This document shows positions 56,843 to 64,000 of a stretch of 64,000 nucleotides of DNA, piece after piece. The DNA comes from Octopus vulgaris (Eukaryota), in the NCBI GenBank assembly GCA_951406725.2, contig OX597814.1:193502001-193566000 (forward strand), read 5' to 3'. Within the stretch, counting starts at the first letter, position 1. Every line of letters begins with the position of its first letter. A program made the translations under genes and the position numbers. The notes under the pieces were generated by a model. That model was not told the DNA's origin, searched no databases, and was given only the letters and a program-made list of their open reading frames with translations.

Positions 56843-57123
56843 GTGAGATGGAGAGAAGAAAACTAATGATCATTTGCAGCGGAATACATGCACTTCAGAA
56901 TGGAAAAAACATCAAAATTCTGGCAAAGAATAAATATAGTTCAGAACGATGCTAGCAGAATGCTTTGCAAAACCAACAAGAAAGTCTTTCCTACAAACAT
57001 TGTGAAGTGAAGATGACGATAAGTACAGGGATGGCTGTGTGGCTTAAAAAGCTCGCTGTGCAGTCGCGTGGTTTCAAGTTCAGTCCCAAAGGAAATTTGG
57101 AAACTGTGCAGAAGCCAGTCATA

Positions 57124-57677
<554 letters not shown>

Positions 57678-57974
57678 TGATATATATATATATATATATA
57701 TATCAGAAAGTTTGTTTGGTAAAGCACGTGGGTGAATATATAAGAAAATAGTAAAGAGTGAAAAAACGACAGAAGGCTTAAATGTTAAAAAATATATATA
57801 TTTGCGTCAAAATGTCTGGAGAATATTGGGAAAATTTTTTTTCCTTTCCTTAAAATGACATAATTTTATACTTTTTAAAGAAATACCGGTTTCGCAGTTA
57901 GCTCTTCAAATTTCTTGCGACTTAATGTTTATTTTTAATAACGTAATCCTTGTATTTTTACTACGGAGAGTTCT

Positions 57975-58739
57975 AAACTCAAAAACACCTTAATTGACAG
58001 ACATTACCCAACTCAACTCATAGAGGATGGGATCAGACGTGCAACAGAAATCAACATAGAAACTTTAAGAAAAGTTCAACACAACAACACACCTTCCCCG
58101 AAAATACTACCTTACATATCTACATACAACCCCAGAAACAAAGAAGCTTTCACCATCATCACCCAGAATTTACCAATACTCCATAAAAACCCCAAATTAA
58201 AGGAAATGCTGAACATACACCAAATCATTAAAAGCTACAAACAGCCTAAATCACTTAAAAAGATTCTCACAAAGGCAAAATTGTCTTCTAAAATTACGGA
58301 TGCAAAAGTAAAAAAATGTGGTAGATCGAACTGTGCAATATGTCCTAACCTATTGGAAGGATCAGAATTCTTCTTTAAAGAAGGACAGAGATTCAAGATC
58401 AAATCTAACTTTACTTGTGCCTCTGAAAACATAATTTATGTCATTAAATGCTAGGGCTGCCATCAAGACTACGTGGGGTCCACGGGACTATCACTCGGAC
58501 GTAGATGCACACTGCATCGACAACAGATTGCATTCCCAGAATATAGAATGATACCTTTTAGTGAGCACATTGAGAAATGCGCAAAGCAACTACAACCACA
58601 ATTTTTAATCTTTCCATTTTACCAATGTGCTTTCGGATCATCATCACAAATTAGACTAAATAAGGAAACATTCTTCATTGAAAAGTACAAACCCAGACTC
58701 AACTATCCGAACTCAATAATACAGAGAAATTCACACTAA
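57975..58739 (+). pseudogene. PLE polyprotein C-terminal part (RT thumb, Cys-rich linker, GIY-YIG endonuclease)
   Basis: One frame with a single stop at 58452: KLKNTLIDRHYP...LPYISTYNPRN...KCGRSNCAIC...NIIYVIKC*GCHQDYVGST..SLGRRCTLH...RLNKETFFIEKYKPRLN. Confidence 0.9.
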
Positions 58740-58866
58740 AGGAAAACAAATTTTTAAGCGATTATCTCCCTTACACCGGAAGAAATCACTCACTACTTTC
58801 CCTTATTTAGAACTCTCCGTAGTAAAAATACAAGGATTACGTTATTAAAAATAAACATTAAGTCAC

Positions 58867-58906
58867 AAGAAATTTGAAGAGCTAACTGCGAAACCGGTAA
58901 TTTCTT
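58867..58906 (+). ncRNA. Minimal hammerhead-like motif (U3 variant); inverted copy at 57878-57916
   Basis: aagaaat-TTGAAGA-GCtaactGC-GAAAC-CG-GTA-atttctt, with a 7-bp stem I. Confidence 0.6.
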
Positions 58907-59037
58907 TAAAAAGTATAAAATTATGTCATTTTAAGGAAAGGAAAAAAAAATTTTTCCAATATTCTCCAGACATGTTGACGCAAATATATATATTTTTTAA
59001 CATTTAAGACTTCTGTAGTTTTTTCTCTCTTTAATAT

Positions 59038-59088
<51 letters not shown>

Positions 59089-59090
<2 letters not shown>

Positions 59091-59291
59091 CTTGCATCTA
59101 TTTTCTTTCCTCCACCTCATTCTCTATTTTGTATCACATCTAAACTAACTATGACTTAACTTTCTTCTCACACCGTCTCTGATGAAGGGATATAATTAAT
59201 AAATATCCTGGAAACAGCTATAAGACCTATCTATAAATGTTCTAATAGCTACACAGTCTTGGTTTTTTTATCTTATTGCGCAAAAAATTCT
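59089..59291 (+). mobile_element. Mini-element M5 with HHR-like motif (59175-59226)
   Basis: gtct-CTGATGA-AG-GGATAT...ATATCC-TG-GAAAC-AGCT-ATA-agac; (TA)n on both sides. Confidence 0.6.
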
Positions 59292-59316
59292 TATATATAT
59301 ATATATATATATATAT

Positions 59317-59583
59317 AATTGCAGCGTGGGAGGTGTTTATAAGCCATTTAAGAAACACAAAAGCCGTTCGATTCACCCAACATTTAAGTTTAATTTGTCA
59401 AAATATTTTCGTAAAATATGTTCACTGACAAAGTCCGTGCTGCATCTCTGAGATGCAGCACGGACTTTGTCAGTGAACAGGTCGCGGATTTTATATTTTG
59501 ACAAATTAAACTTAAATGTTGGATAATCGAACGGCTTTTGTGTGTTTCTTAAATGGCTTATAAACACCTCCCACGCTGCAATT
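59317..59583. repeat. 267-bp fold-back element
   Basis: Perfect 30-bp inner arms around a 1-nt spacer (59449) and ~90-bp near-perfect outer arms. Confidence 0.9.
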
Positions 59584-59640
59584 GTTTTCGTTTCAGCACA
59601 CGATCTCAGATCAAATTACTTGCTATGCGAGTACATCTCC

Positions 59641-59716
<76 letters not shown>

Positions 59717-59794
59717 TTATGTATATATAAATATATACATACATACACATATATATGTATATATATATATTCATATATATATATATATATATAT

Positions 59795-59857
<63 letters not shown>

Positions 59858-60119
59858 TGTAAGCATATATATATTTGCTCACTTACAAGGTGAGGAAAAT
59901 TGTACGTACGCCGCTATATGTATATATAGATATTTAAAAACTGGAACAAAAACGTAATAGACGAGAATGAAACATCCGGACAGATAGACGATACAAAGGC
60001 GGACAGGAAAAAGAACCAAGGACTAGCCATTCGTGGTCTTCTCTCCTCAGTCAAGTTTCCATATTGTCCTTACAGTTTCGGGAAGTTACACTTGAGACTG
60101 TTCAAATCTGGTTGCCCCC

Positions 60120-60166
<47 letters not shown>

Positions 60167-60167
<1 letters not shown>

Positions 60168-61828
60168 GGTTAAGTAATTGAGAATCTAGTGAATTCTAAA
60201 GAATTCACATGAATATGGTCCTTAACTAGGATGCACCGGATATCTATATGGTGTTAGCCATACGACAAGTGGGGTGATTATAAATAGGAAAAAAGCAACA
60301 AGAATGGATTAAAATCTCGGTACGATCGTTTCGTACGAGGACATCTTTAATAAGCTACAAAAATGCAGTGAATACAGATGGCTCGTACTCGTCAGCCGAA
60401 AAAATATCAGAGAATTCCCAAACATCAAAAGGGGTAGATATAAAAGAGGTTGTAGGATTAACTGCATTGAAGAAAGTTCGATTCATGGAGATCTGATGAA
60501 AGGTTTTAAACCTATAGAATTTATGCATGTCTACATATAGCTCATATTGGATATTTGATCAAGTTGTATGAAGAAATTTTCGGATACAGACATGCAAAAT
60601 TTCTGAAAATCCGAGTAAGAGGCAAAGTGACTGCCACATCATGTAGAGGAAAGTCTGAGTAAAAACATAGTGACTGTCATGTCGTGTAGAAGAACAGATT
60701 GTTATTGAAATTAACAAGAATCGCAGATAAGTTCGATTTTTTTGGAGATCTGATGAAAAAGTCTTGAACTTACAAAATTTGTGTATGTCCTTATAGTTCG
60801 TAATCCAGTTTTGTGGAGGGATTTAAGGTACAATCATGCGAAAATATCAGGGAGTCCGAATGAGAAGCAAAAATGACAGCCTTATATTGTAGTGGTTCAG
60901 GTAGTTAATGAAATATTCAAGAATCACAGAAAGAGGAGGAAGGGGGTAGGAATTTAATCAGTTACTGCTATTTAAGCTGTCAAAGAGAAAGGAAAGGGGA
61001 AGCTAAGGGGATGGGCACAATTTGATACTAACAAAAAAGTCTAAGTTTGTTTGGAACAAATTCGAACTGAAGTCAACAATTTATTTCTTTATTCATAAAT
61101 GTTACTATTAATAGATTGTCAGGTTACAAAGAGGTCATTAGAAAGGAAAGAAAAATGGGGTTGTTTTTAAATGAAATTAAACTATTATATTAATATTATA
61201 CTAAACTATAAAACATACATAATGTTATTAAATGAAAATATTAAATTAAACAATTATATTATTATTATACTAAACTATAATACACTACACTATATTATAT
61301 TATATTATTTTGATAAATTATATCACATCACAATACACTATGATAGGTCTGGTATTAGCAGAAATTAATTTTAAAAATTTAAAAAAAAGAAATTAAGAGA
61401 ATTAACTAACTAAAATTTGTAATGGGATAAAAAATAGACTAAGAAATGGAGATAAAATTAATTTATTAATAATATGGTCCAATAGAAATAAATCAAATAA
61501 ATAATTTAAGTCAATAAGTATCAAATAGTACCATCAGAGCGAGAAAAAATTATAATCATATCTAGTTGGAACTTATCTTTCTAGTTAAATATATACTATG
61601 TAGGAGTGATATGTAAGTCAAAATTGAATTTTATGTAAAATGATTCCAGTATACAGTTATCAATTGAGATATGATTTAAAATATCATTTAAAATATTTAA
61701 GAGTCTTAAACCGAGCATGTATACAAGAGGTTCCAAGTTCAATTCTGCTGTTTAATTGAATTTCTCCATTATTTTTATACATTAGTATTTCAAATGCTTC
61801 CATGGAGCAAAGTTGGCAGCCTACTCTG
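60167..61828 (-). mobile_element. Heavily 5'-truncated Penelope-like element with a long 3' UTR
   Basis: 61684-61827 encodes CQLCSMEAFEIL...LNSRIELGTSCIH, like the CxLCxxE...LNxRxE...CxH C-terminus of PLE endonucleases. Canonical HHR 150 nt from the 3' end. (TA)n on both sides. Confidence 0.75.
60317..60399 (-). ncRNA. Type-I hammerhead ribozyme, canonical
   Basis: tcgg-CTGACGA-GTACGAG...CTCGTAC-GAAAC-GATC-GTA-ccga; all core bases and three stems are intact. Confidence 0.85.
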
Positions 61829-61840
61829 TATATATATATA

Positions 61841-62592
61841 CAGGGTGGGGAACAGAGAACGGATGTTTTTGGAAAATTCACAAAATCATTAATTTTAGCA
61901 GCAAACAAATTTTATTGACATTAATGCGTTCGTATTGAATTAGCACTTGTTAAAATCAAGTGTGGAAACCAACATCCATCATTTGGTGTCTGTTTTCATT
62001 GATACATTTCTGAAGGCGTTCTTGGAAGTTAGCCACCACTCTCTCTAGCATTGCTCTGTGCATAGTCCCATGGTTTCAACTGTTGCCCAGTGACCAATTT
62101 GTACGGGTGGTAATGCAGGTCTTCATGCAAAATGCGTCTTACCGATCTATTATCGATGCCAAGTTCAGTGGAATGCCTCCGAGCAGAACGATTCGAACTC
62201 CGTATCAAAGCTTTTCTGACACGCTCCACAATATCCGGCGTCCGTACCGTTCTTGGCGCTCCCACCAGTCTCCTATTCATTAATCTACCTCGTGTACGAA
62301 GTGCATTCACCCAAAGTAAGATTATGTAACGGGTAGGAACAGCCTGATTTCGGTGAATGTTGAATGGCGCCGAAACTCACGTTGAACTGTTGCGACACAC
62401 TCGTTATTCTTCACGTAACTGTCGTAGGCAAACACACGATGCTCTATCGTCCACAGTGCCATTGCTTCACCAAAAAAGAAGAAAAAATGTTAAGACACTA
62501 CGGACCGAATGGTACCTATCGGACATATGTCCCTCCCACTGGGGCTGAGTTATAGCCAGTTCAAAAACGTCCGTCCCGTCTCTTCCACCCCG
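61841..62592 (-). mobile_element. Tc1/mariner-family element, internally deleted
   Basis: TA|CAGGGTGGGGAAC ... TCTTCCACCCCG|TA. ORF 62029-62310 gives GAPRTVRTPDIVERVR...SARRHSTELGIDNRSVRRILHEDLHYHPYK (HTH region). Confidence 0.85.
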
Positions 62593-62713
62593 TATATACA
62601 TACAGTATACATGCATTTGGGTGTGTGTATCTTTGTGTTTATCCTCCACTGCTTTACAACCGGTGGTGGTTTGTTTACGGTAGCAATTCAACAAAAGACA
62701 CCGATAAAATAAC

Positions 62714-62939
62714 TCTTTACTCTTTACTCTTTTACTTGTTTCAGTCATTTGACTGCGTCCATGCTGGAGCACCGCCTTTAATCAAGCAACTCGACCCCGG
62801 GACTTATCCTTTCTAAGCCCAGTACTTATTCTATCGGTCTCTTTTGCCGAACCGCTAAGTGACGGGGACATAAACACACCAGCATCGGTTGTCAAGCAAT
62901 GCTAGGGGGACAAGCACAGACATACAAACATACACGCAC

Positions 62940-62972
<33 letters not shown>

Positions 62973-63137
62973 TACGACGGGCTTCTTTCAGTTTCCGTCT
63001 ACCAAATCCACTCACAAGGCTTCGGTCGGCCCGAGGCTATAGTAGAAGACACTTGCCCAAGGTGCCACACAGTGGGACTGAACCCGGAACCATGTGGTTG
63101 GTAAGCAAGCCTCTTACCACACAACCACTCCTGCGCC
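62714..63137 (-). mobile_element. SINE family A, full length
   Basis: Reverse complement of 52006-52427. Confidence 0.9.
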
Positions 63138-63698
63138 TATAAGTATCAGACTTTAAAAAAATAATTACCGAGGTCGATTTCTTTGGCTAAACTCTTCAAG
63201 GTAATACCCCCAGCATGTCCGCAGTCCAATGACTGAAGCAGTTGAAAGAAAAAGATAGAAACTTGGATGGAAGATTCCAAGTTTCCATTTTTGCAAGTAA
63301 AAGTTACAACAGACGAAATTTAGACAGAAAAATGTCGCATGACTGCTTTGTGTGACAGAAACAATTTCCTACTTGAGTCCGCTTCACAGACATGAGACAG
63401 AAAGAAAAAAAAACCAACAAGCGCATTGTCAGACCCACAGTCCTTTTCTTGTGACATCCAAAAGAACTATTTGAAGAAGCCGTTGCTGAAACGAAGAGTA
63501 AGATCTTCTACGTGGGCCGAGAAAGGTTATATGTCACTGTGCGCGTTGCTTTTAAACTAGAGGACGGAATGTAAAAACAAGCTCAGTACATCATACAGTT
63601 GCTCATAAACTATTTTGAACCACTGACTGGTTATTTTCATTGCATAATATGGGCCAGTGTTCAACGCTGACTTGAATTTGTTATACATAATCGAGTGT

Positions 63699-64000
63699 GA
63701 AGGCGCATGGCTCAGTGGTTAGAGCGTCGAGCTTAGAATCGTGAGGTTGTGAGCTCGAATCGCGGACCGGGCCGCTAGTTATGTTCTTGAGCAAGGCACT
63801 TTATTTCACGTTTGCTCCAGTTTACTCAGCTGTAGGAATGAGTTGCGACGTCACAGGTACCAAGCTGTATCGGCCCCTTTGCCTTTCCCTTGGATAACAC
63901 TGGTGGCGTGGAGAAGGGAGGCAGGTGTGCATGGACGACTGCTGGTCTTCCATAAACAACCTTGCCCGGAATTGTGCCTGGGAGGGTAACTTTCTAGGTG
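63699..64000 (+). mobile_element. tRNA-derived SINE family D (runs off the window)
   Basis: GGCGCATGGCTCAGTGGTTAGAGCG (A box)...GAGCTCGAATC (B-box-like)...CTTGAGCAAGGCACTT; homologous to 9559-9795. Confidence 0.8.

Larger units (their letters stand above)
57704..59042 (+). mobile_element. Penelope-like element: inverted pseudo-LTR, truncated ORF and 3' pseudo-LTR
   Basis: ~240-bp inverted repeats (57738-57977 / 58806-59045) enclose the ORF remnant. Each repeat has an HHR-like motif. (TA)n on both sides. Confidence 0.9.

Noticed and set aside
59935-60121. TA-flanked ~190-bp element containing CTGAGGA and GAAACTGTA on the minus strand
   Set aside because: The motifs are in an order and pairing context that I could not fold into a hammerhead.
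63699-63775. tRNA gene-like sequence (also the heads at 23823, 52006 and 54989)
   Set aside because: Only A/B-box heads that continue into SINE bodies; no complete cloverleaf or acceptor stem.

Overview
Very AT-rich, repeat-saturated eukaryotic non-coding DNA (intergenic or intronic). I found no intact host gene. The SINE families and the microsatellite load suggest a cephalopod, probably Octopus; this is inference, not a database match. Nearly all ORFs in the track are microsatellite artefacts. The real coding signals are decayed transposon fragments: four Penelope-like element (PLE) remnants (three with a GIY-YIG domain), RTE, CR1/L2 and R4/Dong-type LINE ends, mariner and Tc1-like elements, a hAT transposase, a non-autonomous Helitron, MITEs and four tRNA-derived SINE families. 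The most notable feature is about 18 type-I hammerhead ribozyme (HHR)-like motifs. They lie in PLE 3' ends and in at least five families of ~200-bp non-coding mini-elements that abut (TA)n arrays. Several motifs are canonical (60317-60399, 53922-54010, 6725-6772 and 9289-9336). Others have family-conserved variant cores, including an A3-U8 compensatory swap. Three divergent PLE remnants also appear to be 5'-truncated at the same homologous codon. All motifs were read by eye, so coordinates may be off by a few bases and ribozyme activity is untested.
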